The position numbers and the translations under genes were made by a program. 64,000 bases of DNA from Firmicutes bacterium UBA4795 (GTDB taxonomy: Bacteria > Bacillota > Desulfotomaculia > Desulfotomaculales > Nap2-2B): the NCBI GenBank assembly GCA_002402825.1, contig DHGP01000018.1, positions 9,150 to 73,149 of the forward strand, given 5' to 3'. Under the pieces are notes generated by a model. That model did no database searches, was not told where the DNA came from, and saw only the letters and a program-made list of their open reading frames with translations. The number at the start of each line of letters is the position of its first letter. Positions within the stretch are counted from its first letter, which is position 1. Shown in pieces: positions 9,038-16,593 of this stretch.

Positions 9038-10174
9038 GTGAGAATATTTGAGTATATAGGAAAGGAACTTTTTAACCGTTTTGGCCTGCCGGTACCAAAA
9101 GGAAAAGTGGTCTCTTGTGCTGATGAAGCAGCTTTGGCGGCTGCAGAAATTGGTCCGGTAGTAGTCAAAGCACAGATTCTTTCGGGTAAACGCGGGAAAA
9201 GCGGCGGCATTAGATTTGCAAACACACCGGCAGAGGCTAAAAGTATTGCTTTAGAATTGTTAGGCGCAAATATCCGGGGTTACCTGGTAGAAAAACTACT
9301 GGTAGAAGAAAAATTAGCTGTTGATCAGGAATTTTATTTAGCCGTTACGATTGATGAAGAAGCCAAAAGTCCAGTAATTATTGCTTCTAATCAGGGTGGC
9401 ATAGATATTGAAGAAGTACCTGAAAACCGGATTTTAAAGGTTCATACCGATGCAGAACTTGGCATGTATCCTTTTATTGCCCGTAACATTGTTCGCCGGT
9501 TGGGTCTGGATTTAGGCAGCCAGCACGGAAAAGAACTGGTTAAGGCAATTTTAGCAACTTATCAAGTGTTCCAGGAAAAAGATGCGGTACTGGTTGAGAT
9601 TAACCCGCTGGTATTTAGTGGGGAGAAAATTTTTGCTGCTGACGCCAAGGTAATTATTGATCCTGAAGCCCGGTTTAGACAAAAAGATATTCCATACGTA
9701 GAAGACCAAACCGAAACGGAAAAACTGGCCCATGACCTTGGTCTTTCTTACGTTGAACTAAAAGGGGACATTGCCGTAATGGCCAATGGGGCCGGCATTG
9801 CCATGAGTACCCTGGATATACTTATGCATTATGGCGGAACACCGGCTAATTTTTTGGATGTAGTTGGCGGAACCGATACAGAAACTATTGCTCGATCTTT
9901 AGAAATTTTACTGGCGAAGAAGCCGAAAGTTATTTTTATTAATATTTTCGGCGGTAGTACCCGCTGTGATGATGTTGCCAGAGCTTACGTGAAAGTTAAG
10001 AAGAAAGGTTCTGGCATCCAGGTACCGGTAGTAATCAGACTGGAGGGAACTAACCAGGATAAAGGAAGGCGTATTTTACAGGAGTGCGGTATCGAGGCAT
10101 ACACAGATATGGAGGAAGCAGCGGCTAAAGCAGTGGAGTTGGCCGCATGTGCGCCAGCAGGTAGTTCTAGTTAA
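9038..10174 (+). CDS. sucC: Succinate--CoA ligase (ADP-forming) beta subunit
   Basis: 378 aa with a GTG start and SD GAGGAAGAG 8 nt upstream. ATP-grasp N-terminus, and MANGAGIAMSTLD in the CoA-ligase domain. Confidence 0.9.
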   Translation: MRIFEYIGKELFNRFGLPVPKGKVVSCADEAALAAAEIGPVVVKAQILSGKRGKSGGIRFANTPAEAKSIALELLGANIRGYLVEKLLVEEKLAVDQEFYLAVTIDEEAKSPVIIASNQGGIDIEEVPENRILKVHTDAELGMYPFIARNIVRRLGLDLGSQHGKELVKAILATYQVFQEKDAVLVEINPLVFSGEKIFAADAKVIIDPEARFRQKDIPYVEDQTETEKLAHDLGLSYVELKGDIAVMANGAGIAMSTLDILMHYGGTPANFLDVVGGTDTETIARSLEILLAKKPKVIFINIFGGSTRCDDVARAYVKVKKKGSGIQVPVVIRLEGTNQDKGRRILQECGIEAYTDMEEAAAKAVELAACAPAGSSS

Positions 10175-10197
10175 AGGAATGGTTTTAATGGCTAATA

Positions 10198-11064
10198 ATG
10201 GCTATTATTGTTGATCAAAATACTAAGGTGATCGTTCAAGGCATAACCGGTAAGCAGGGTTCTTTTCATATCAGGCAAATGTTAGCTTACGGTACAAAAG
10301 TTGTTGCCGGTGTAACTCCTGGAAAAGGCGGTATAACATTTGAAGGCGTGCCGGTTTATGACACTGTACAAGCGGTTTTAGAAAACCACCAGGTTGATGC
10401 CACGGTAATCTTTATCCAAGCTGCAATAGCTAAAGATGCTGTGATGGAGGCCCTGGAAGCTGGAATCGGGATTGTGGTAGTAATTACCGAACACATTCCG
10501 ATCCACGACGAACTTGAGTTTATCTCCTACGCCCGGCGTAAAGGAGCAATTCTTATTGGTCCTAATACATTTGGCATTATTTCTTCTGGAAAGTGCAAAA
10601 TCGGTATCCCGCCCAATCAGTTTTTTATCCCTGGTCCGGTGGGGTTGGTATCCCGTAGCGGAACTTTAGCTTATGAGATTGCAAAAAAACTGGCTGCAGC
10701 TGGATTTGGACAGTCTACTGCTGTCGGTATGGGTGGGGACTGCGTAAAGGGGCTTACCTTTGTTGAGATATTAAAACTTTTTGAAGCTGATCCGGAAACC
10801 AGAGCAGTTGTATTAATTGGTGAAATTGGCGGTGATGCTGAGGAAGAAGCCTCAGTTTACATTAAAGAGATGACCAAGCCGGTGGTAGCCTATATTGCCG
10901 GTAAGAGCGCACCCCCGGAAAAGCAGATGGGCCATGCCGGAGCAATTATCAGGGGAGGGAGAGGAACCTACCAGGGTAAAGTTAAAGCTCTTTCCAAAGC
11001 TGGTGCTCTGGTAGCCGAAATGCCATCCGAGGTGCCGGAAAAAATTAGTAAACTGTTGGCTTGA
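10198..11064 (+). CDS. sucD: Succinate--CoA ligase alpha subunit
   Basis: [12 protein letters not shown] CoA-binding motif and phosphohistidine loop QMGHAGAII. Confidence 0.92.
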   Translation: MAIIVDQNTKVIVQGITGKQGSFHIRQMLAYGTKVVAGVTPGKGGITFEGVPVYDTVQAVLENHQVDATVIFIQAAIAKDAVMEALEAGIGIVVVITEHIPIHDELEFISYARRKGAILIGPNTFGIISSGKCKIGIPPNQFFIPGPVGLVSRSGTLAYEIAKKLAAAGFGQSTAVGMGGDCVKGLTFVEILKLFEADPETRAVVLIGEIGGDAEEEASVYIKEMTKPVVAYIAGKSAPPEKQMGHAGAIIRGGRGTYQGKVKALSKAGALVAEMPSEVPEKISKLLA

Positions 11065-11081
11065 GTGACCAAAAGGAGTAC

Positions 11082-11108
11082 GGAACGTGGGGACGGTTCC
11101 TTTGTTTT
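11082..11108 (+). terminator. Weak intrinsic terminator after sucD
   Basis: GGAAC-N9-GTTCC followed by TTTGTTTT. The stem is only 5 bp. Confidence 0.3.
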
Positions 11109-11331
11109 GAAGGAAAAAACCGAAATCAAATAAGGAACTCTTTTCTCTATTATTTATGAATCGGCACAAGAATGGGCTTTGCGCTTCTTCTTCCGTCATC
11201 TTATTCGCAGAGTAGTTGACATTTTAAGCGATCACCACTTGTTTTTTAAAACGAACGGCGGAACCGTCATTAATAACAATCACTTTTAGGAATTGTCCTT
11301 GCTTATTTAGCCTTAACCATAAGTGTGGCCG

Positions 11332-11466
11332 TTAAATTATGGAAGATAAGTCTCTTTTTAAGTGAAATCTACAATACTGGTATTCTGCCTCAAAGTAATC
11401 AGCACCTTCACGAATCCAACTTGAACCATCTCCCCCAATAATAATCCTGGTGCAACTAATTATAAT
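11332..11466 (-). mobile_element. Remnant of an ISLre2/UPF0236-family transposase gene (internal fragment only)
   Basis: Minus-strand translation gives IIIGGDGSSWIREGADYFEAEYQYCRFHLKRDL, resembling the GDGAxWI...DxFHL block of that family. There is no start and only ~45 codons. Confidence 0.45.
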
Positions 11467-11520
11467 GGCCAAAGAAATTCAGACAAAAAATAAGCCTTAT
11501 TTAAGGTGTATACGAGGAGT

Positions 11521-11885
11521 ATGAGAAAGACATATACAAATAACTTTAGAACAAGAGCTGTACTGGAAATTTTTAAGGAAGAAAAATCTATATCTGAGAT
11601 TGCTTCGGAGTATGAAGTACATCCCAATCAACTAGGAAAATGGAGAAAACAAGCAATCAATGGTCTTGGCTAGTCATTCTTGCCGATGACCGTAGGAAGG
11701 AGGACAAAGAAAAAGAAGTTTTAAAGCAACAAATTAAAGATTTGTATACAGAAATTGGTGAACTTACAACCAAGCTAAACTGGCTTAAAAAAAATCTGGC
11801 CTCAAATTGGAGTAGGTCAGAACTCTTCGAGGTTCGAGGTTCGAGAGAGGTTAAAATAGACAAACGGGATAAAGACAAAATCTAA
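11521..11885 (+). mobile_element. IS3-family orfA (HTH + leucine zipper) remnant, frameshifted, no orfB
   Basis: MRKTYTNNFRTRAVLEIFKEEKSISEIASEYEVHPNQLGKWRKQAINGL stops at 11671. It continues in another frame as ILADDRRKEDKEKEVLKQQIKDLYTEIGELTTKLNWLKKNL. A vestigial A8 slippery run lies at 11789-11796. No DDE domain follows. Confidence 0.65.
11826..11846. repeat. Heptamer tandem array (TTCGAGG)x3
   Basis: TTCGAGG TTCGAGG TTCGAGA at the 3' break of the IS3 remnant. Confidence 0.8.
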
Positions 11886-11961
11886 AGTGATAAATTCCAG
11901 TTAATGTATTCTATTAATAGGATATTATGGGATTAAAACAATTAGATTGGAGGGAATAAAT

Positions 11962-12120
11962 TCACCTTATATAAAGGCGAAAAAATGTCTTGACAAAGTT
12001 AGCCGCCTTAACAAAGATATCTATAAAATGAACTGGATTATCTTTTGTTATATAATAATCGACGGCTTCCGGAAATAATGCTATCTGTTTTCGGTCAATC
12101 CCCCGGATATAGGCCTTCTT
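11962..12120 (-). mobile_element. N-terminal remnant of an IS1182/IS5-like transposase gene
   Basis: Minus-strand translation gives KKAYIRGIDRKQIALFPEAVDYYITKDNPVHFIDIFV. This resembles the conserved N-terminus (..DRxQxxLxPxxxDDxIxxDxPVRxIDxFV) of that family. It diverges and stops after ~50 codons. Confidence 0.45.
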
Positions 12121-12161
12121 TTAGCTACTTTTTGAAGTTTTTCTTGTTTAATTATACCATT

Positions 12162-12194
12162 AAAGGTATAGTAAAGGTATAGTAAAGGTAAGGT
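12162..12194. repeat. 11-bp tandem repeat (AAAGGTATAGT x2 plus a degenerate third copy) upstream of corA
   Basis: AAAGGTATAGT AAAGGTATAGT AAAGGTAAGGT, preceded by the palindrome TATACC-ATTAAA-GGTATA. Confidence 0.8.
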
Positions 12195-12227
12195 TTTCAT
12201 ACGGTCTGACAAGAAAGGATCAAATAA

Positions 12228-13289
12228 ATGAATCAGCCATCTAAGAAAAGAGTGGTAAAAGCCGGTCTTCCGCCGGGTACATTGGTTCATATAGGGCATA
12301 AAAAGACCGACCAGGTATTCATTACGGTCATCGAGTACGCTGAAGAACAATTTCAACAAAGAGAAATAAAACAAGTTGAGGAATGTTTCCCGTTAAAAGA
12401 TAAAACCACCATAACCTGGATAAATATATCCGGCATACATGAGCTTGACGTCATCGAAAAAACAGGGATACAGTTCGGCCTGCACCCGTTGACTTTAGAG
12501 GACATCGTAAATACGGAACAACGTCCAAAAATAGAAGATTATAAGGACTATATCTTTATCGTTCTAAAGGCGCTTCATTATGATGCCGATCAAAGCCTGA
12601 AAATAGAACAGATCAGCATTATTATTGGTGTAAATTATGTTATTACTATCCAGGAGAACAGAAAGGATATTTTCTGCCCCGTCAGGGAGAGGATAAAAAA
12701 TAGTACCGGCCGGATCAGGAAGATGGGGGCAGATTATCTGGTCTATGCGTTAATTGACGTTATTGTGGACAATTACTTCGTAGTTCTGGAGCAGCTTGAA
12801 GGGAAGATAGAATTTCTGGAAGAAGAGTTAATTACCAACCCCACGAAGAGAACCTTGCATTTAATCCACCAACTGAAAAGAGAAATGCTATTTATGCGTA
12901 AATCACTCTGGCCGTCAAGGGAAGTGATCAACATTCTGCAAAGGGGCGAACTGCCCTTTATTAATGAAACTACAGTTGTGCAATTAAAGGACGTTTACGA
13001 TCATACAATTCAGGTCGTTGACATAATCGAAACACTGCGGGACATCCTTTCCGAAACACTTGACATTTACCTTTCCAGTATCAGCAATAGAATAAACGAC
13101 GTGATGAAGATATTAACAATCATCACTACTATTTTTATTCCCCTGTCGTTCGTAGCGGGTATTTATGGAATGAACTTCAAATACATGCCAGAGCTCGAAT
13201 GGCGTTTTAGTTATCCTATGATACTAATTTTCATGGCGGTGGTAGCCATCGTAATGTTGTTTTTTTTCAAAAAGAAAAAATGGATTTGA
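12228..13289 (+). CDS. corA: CorA-family Mg2+/Co2+ transporter
   Basis: YGMNF signature (IYGMNFKYMPEL) followed by two C-terminal TM helices. 353 aa. Confidence 0.9.
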   Translation: MNQPSKKRVVKAGLPPGTLVHIGHKKTDQVFITVIEYAEEQFQQREIKQVEECFPLKDKTTITWINISGIHELDVIEKTGIQFGLHPLTLEDIVNTEQRPKIEDYKDYIFIVLKALHYDADQSLKIEQISIIIGVNYVITIQENRKDIFCPVRERIKNSTGRIRKMGADYLVYALIDVIVDNYFVVLEQLEGKIEFLEEELITNPTKRTLHLIHQLKREMLFMRKSLWPSREVINILQRGELPFINETTVVQLKDVYDHTIQVVDIIETLRDILSETLDIYLSSISNRINDVMKILTIITTIFIPLSFVAGIYGMNFKYMPELEWRFSYPMILIFMAVVAIVMLFFFKKKKWI

Positions 13290-13354
13290 TTTCTGGTCCA
13301 GCCGCAACCTTTCAGGGCTGTTCTTGAAGGGGTCAATCAGGAGTTTTGCGCATG

Positions 13355-13394
13355 AAAAAGGCTCAACCGACGGATGTTCGCTATTTGTTGAGCC
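13355..13394 (-). terminator. Intrinsic terminator for the minus-strand small ORF
   Basis: The 8-bp stem is GGCTCAAC/GTTGAGCC (13360-13367 / 13387-13394). On the minus strand it is followed by TTTTT and lies immediately after the ORF stop. Confidence 0.55.
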
Positions 13395-13613
13395 TTAATA
13401 ATACCTATGCGCAAAGCCTACCCGCAAAAAATTTAATTGCCCCAGAAGAATGAAGTCGCGACTACTGTCTTTAGCTATAGGGTTGTTCAAAAGGATGGTT
13501 TGTCTTAAGCGAACGGCTAAATCAATAAGCTTTTGTATTTCTTTTGCATCTTCGTGGGTTAGCGTTCCAGCTAATTCACGTAAAGATTTCCTTTTAGGAC
13601 GATCTCGTTGCAT
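13395..13613 (-). CDS. Small hypothetical protein; the N-terminal half looks like an antitoxin tail and it may be a remnant
   Basis: 72 aa. KSLRELAGTLTHEDAKEIQKLID resembles VapB-like antitoxin segments, but the rest has no recognisable fold. It has its own terminator. Confidence 0.25.
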   Translation of the reverse strand: MQRDRPKRKSLRELAGTLTHEDAKEIQKLIDLAVRLRQTILLNNPIAKDSSRDFILLGQLNFLRVGFAHRYY

Positions 13614-13681
13614 CTTGATTTTTTCCGGTTATTGATATTATGATTATATTGATCAAATTGCTCATAGGAGGACGAAAGAAA

Positions 13682-13978
13682 ATGCTGAAGAAAATATCTG
13701 CTGTTAAAGCCAGGTAAAATTTGGGTAGCGTTATGAATGAAGTTTATTTAAGGGATGATCAATACATCATTGAAAGAGATGGTAAACCTTTGGTAGCAAT
13801 TGTTCCTATATGGAAGCTGCAACAATGGGAAAAGAGGAAAGATATTTTCTTCAAGGGCGTAGAAAAAATTCAGCAAAAGTTTATAGGGCGGGATGAAGAA
13901 GAAGTGGAAAAATTTTTAGATGAGGCGGTGCAAGAAGCCAAGAAAAATTTTAATAAAGAAGGAACCAACAGTATTTAA
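13682..13978 (+). pseudogene. Phd/YefM-type antitoxin gene with an in-frame TAA at codon 12
   Basis: ATG 13682 gives MLKKISAVKAR-TAA(13715-13717)-NLGSVMNEVYLRDDQYIIERDGKPLVAIVP. This matches the ISAxEARxNL...RxGKPVAVL N-terminus across the stop. Confidence 0.6.
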
Positions 13979-14426
13979 TGATCCGGGCTGTATTAGACGC
14001 CAACCAGTTTGCCAGTGCTTTAATTAGGCCAGGTAGTAATCCTGCTCGAATTCTCGATTTTTAAAAAATAATATGTTCCAGTTGGTTATTTCGGAAAGCA
14101 TTGTAGAGGAAATTAAGCGAATTTTGTTTTATCCAAAGCTGAAAAAAATTCATGGGTTAGAAAAAGAAGAAATTGACCTTTTCCTTGATGATCTGATTGC
14201 TTTTGCTTATTTTACGCCGGAAGAATTAAAACTGGAGGCAGTTTCTAGTGACCCCATTGACAACAAATACCTGGTCTGCGCTGTTGAAGGTAAAGCGGAT
14301 TATATTATTTCTGGCGACCATCATTTGCTTACCCTGGGGATTTGGGAGGCTATAAATCTTATTACCGCAAAGGAACTTTTAGATCTGCTCTTTTTCTGCT
14401 CTTTTAATGAGCGCAAAAATTGGTAA
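13978..14426 (+). pseudogene. PIN-domain (PIN_3/TIGR00305-like) toxin gene, frameshifted in a T5A6 run
   Basis: MIRAVLDANQFASALIRPGSNPARILDF stops at 14062. The frame then changes to (L)KNNMFQLVISESIVEEIKRIL...DPIDNKYL...ISGDHHLL. The acidic PIN residues are present and the ATG overlaps the antitoxin stop (TAATG). Confidence 0.6.
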
Positions 14427-14451
14427 TTAGGTGGTCAGATTTAAGTTCTAT

Positions 14452-14479
14452 TATTCAGTATCTTCTATTCAGTATCTTC
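14452..14479. repeat. Perfect 14-bp tandem duplication TATTCAGTATCTTC x2
   Basis: Read directly from the sequence. It sits at the 5' break of the hsdR stub. Confidence 0.9.
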
Positions 14480-14955
14480 ATGACGGCAAAATCCGTTCCT
14501 TCTACCATACTTACGCAAAGATCAGGCAGCTTGCCGAGGTCATTAAAAAACCACCCTATCACCTGACCCCGGAACTTCTCTGACAGGCTTATGAAAAACT
14601 GGAAAAGTCAAAAGTAAGAGAGGCCGGCCCCCAAAAAGTGCTCACTGACATTATTTCCCTCATCCGCTTTGCCATAGGGGAAAGCGGTGTCCTTGAGCCG
14701 TTCGCCGAAACCGTAAATGAAAGATTTCACCGGTGGTTAGCAGAGCAAGAAAAGGCGGACCACAGGTTTACCCCAGAACAAGTAGACTGGCTGATCATGA
14801 TTAAAGACCACATAGCCACCAGCCTGGGCATTGAAATGGAAGATTTTGAACTGGCGCCATTTTACGAGAAAGGCGGAGCAGTAAAAGCATACCAGCTTTT
14901 CGGACCAGAATTAAATAATCTTTTAGCGGAATTAAATGAGGTGCTGGCCGCATGA
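14479..14955 (+). pseudogene. hsdR: C-terminal stub of a type I restriction R subunit (EcoEI_R_C-like domain) with an in-frame TGA
   Basis: ...KPPYHLTPELL-TGA(14581-14583)-QAYEKLEKSKVREAGPQKVLTDIISLIRFAIGE...FTPEQVDWLIMIKDHIATSLGIEMEDF...GGAVKAYQLFG...LNEVLAA. The helicase and nuclease parts are absent. Confidence 0.6.
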
Positions 14956-14965
14956 GGAAAATAAT

Positions 14966-15056
14966 GTAGGGGCGTATTGCCATACGCCCATATAAAGAAT
15001 GATAAAACATTTGATGTAGGGGCGTATTGCCATACGCCCCTACACGAATGTTTCAT
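14966..15056. repeat. REP doublet, family A (GTAGGGGCGTAT-TGCC-ATACGCCCCTAC)
   Basis: Copy 1 (14966-~14993) has a decayed 3' arm. Copy 2 (15016-15043) has a perfect 12-bp stem, and the flanking AAACATT/AATGTTT extend the stem. Confidence 0.85.
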
Positions 15057-15086
15057 ATAAGTAGTTAGTGAGGAGTCGGAAAGGGA

Positions 15087-16529
15087 ATGAACTTTGAAGG
15101 TCCCTACAAAATCCCCAGAAATTGGGTGTGGACGAGGCTGGGGGAAGTTTGTTTAGACCCTCAATATGGTTGGACAACAAGTGCAAAAGCGGAAGGGAAA
15201 CTTCACTTATTGAGGACTACCGATATAACTTCTGGAAATATCGATTGGTATACTGTTCCATTTTGCAAAAAAGAACCGCCTGAAAAAGAGAAATACTTGC
15301 TAAAAGATGGAGATATTGTTATTTCAAGGTCAGGTTCTGTTGGCCATAGTCATCTTATAACAAATCCTAAAGAAGCTATATTTGCATCGTATTTTATTCG
15401 GTTTAGACCTTTAATTAATGAAAAATATTTAGCAATTTTCTTAAAGAGCCCATCTTATTGGAACTCTATCTCAGAAAAAAGCCTTGGGATAGCTATGCCT
15501 AATGTTAACGCATCCAAGCTAAAACAAATTCCCCTCCCCCTCCCTCCCCTTGCCGAGCAGCACTGCATTGTGGCCAGGATTGAGGAACTTTTTACTAAGC
15601 TGGATGCCGGCGTGACGGCGTTAAAAAAAGTAAGGGCACAACTAAAACGTTATCGTCAGGCGGTTTTGAAATACGCCTTTGAAGGAAAATTAACTGAAGA
15701 ATGGCGGGAAAATCATAAGAATGAGCTGGAGCCTGCCGCCGTAATTTTGGAGCGGATAAAAGAAGAACGAAAAAAAACCGCTAAAGGAAAACTTAAAGAA
15801 CTGCCGCCACCGGATACGTCAGATTTAACTGAAATACCTGAAGGGTGGGTATGGACGAGGCTGGGGGAGATTGTTACCGATGTTGAAAAGATCAATCTTA
15901 AGATAGAACCGAATAAAGAGTTTATTTATTTGGATATTGCTTCAATTGATAACTGTCAACAAAAAATAACAAATCCTAAAAAACACATAGGTAAAGACGC
16001 TCCCTCTAGAGCAAGACAGCTTGTTAAGTCAGGGGATATTTTATTTTCTACCGTTAGAACCTATCTTAAAAATATTGCTATTATAAACGAAATCTATGAT
16101 GGGCAGATAGCATCTACAGGGTTTTGTATTATAAGACCTCATAGTTTATTAGATAATAAAATGGTATTTTATTGGGTTCAAACAGAGGAATTTGTAAATC
16201 CGTTAAATAAGATTCAGCGAGGCACAAGCTATCCTGCTGTACGGGATTTTGATGTTTTTACTCAGTTTATTCCCCTTCCTCCCCTTGCCGAACAACATAA
16301 AATTGTTGAAGAAATTGAACGCCGTTTTTCTATCGCTGACGAAGTTGAAAAAATCGTGGAACAAAGCCTCAAGCAGGCGGAAAGATTGCGCATGAGCATT
16401 TTAAAAAGAGCCTTTGAAGGGAAACTAGTTCTCCAGAATCCTAACGACGAGCCGGCCGAAAAATTGTTAGAGCGGATTAAATATGCAAGAGATCAAAAAT
16501 TTAAACCTATTAAATCTGACGAATACTGA
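15087..16529 (+). CDS. hsdS: Type I R-M specificity subunit, two target-recognition domains, apparently intact
   Basis: Duplicated architecture: IPRNWVWTRLGEV / IPEGWVWTRLGEI, plus conserved helices PLPPLAEQHCIVARIEELF / LPPLAEQHKIVEEIERRF. Confidence 0.88.
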   Translation: MNFEGPYKIPRNWVWTRLGEVCLDPQYGWTTSAKAEGKLHLLRTTDITSGNIDWYTVPFCKKEPPEKEKYLLKDGDIVISRSGSVGHSHLITNPKEAIFASYFIRFRPLINEKYLAIFLKSPSYWNSISEKSLGIAMPNVNASKLKQIPLPLPPLAEQHCIVARIEELFTKLDAGVTALKKVRAQLKRYRQAVLKYAFEGKLTEEWRENHKNELEPAAVILERIKEERKKTAKGKLKELPPPDTSDLTEIPEGWVWTRLGEIVTDVEKINLKIEPNKEFIYLDIASIDNCQQKITNPKKHIGKDAPSRARQLVKSGDILFSTVRTYLKNIAIINEIYDGQIASTGFCIIRPHSLLDNKMVFYWVQTEEFVNPLNKIQRGTSYPAVRDFDVFTQFIPLPPLAEQHKIVEEIERRFSIADEVEKIVEQSLKQAERLRMSILKRAFEGKLVLQNPNDEPAEKLLERIKYARDQKFKPIKSDEY

Positions 16530-16593
16530 GAGAGAATAATTTGAAAGAAATGGCTCCATAGAGGTTTTGTGACTGGAAAGGAATGGTTATAAA

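Noticed and set aside
11789-11796. The A8 run in the IS3 orfA remnant as a functional programmed -1 frameshift site.
   Set aside because: There is no orfB (DDE) reading frame downstream, and orfA itself is already broken upstream, so the site is only vestigial.
12081-12374. The 97-aa minus-strand ORF overlapping the corA start.
   Set aside because: It overlaps the corA RBS and N-terminus antisense. Its 3' part is merely an alternative frame of the IS1182-like stub, and it contains no recognisable domain.
14581-14583. The in-frame TGA in the hsdR stub as a selenocysteine codon, given the nearby selC.
   Set aside because: The ORF is a truncated remnant lacking all catalytic domains. Homologues have Trp at this position (TGG->TGA), and no SECIS-like hairpin follows.
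14966-15043. Family A REP hairpins (also 52575 and 53591) as rho-independent terminators.
   Set aside because: No U-tract follows any copy, and two of them sit between co-oriented, tightly spaced operon genes directly in front of an SD.
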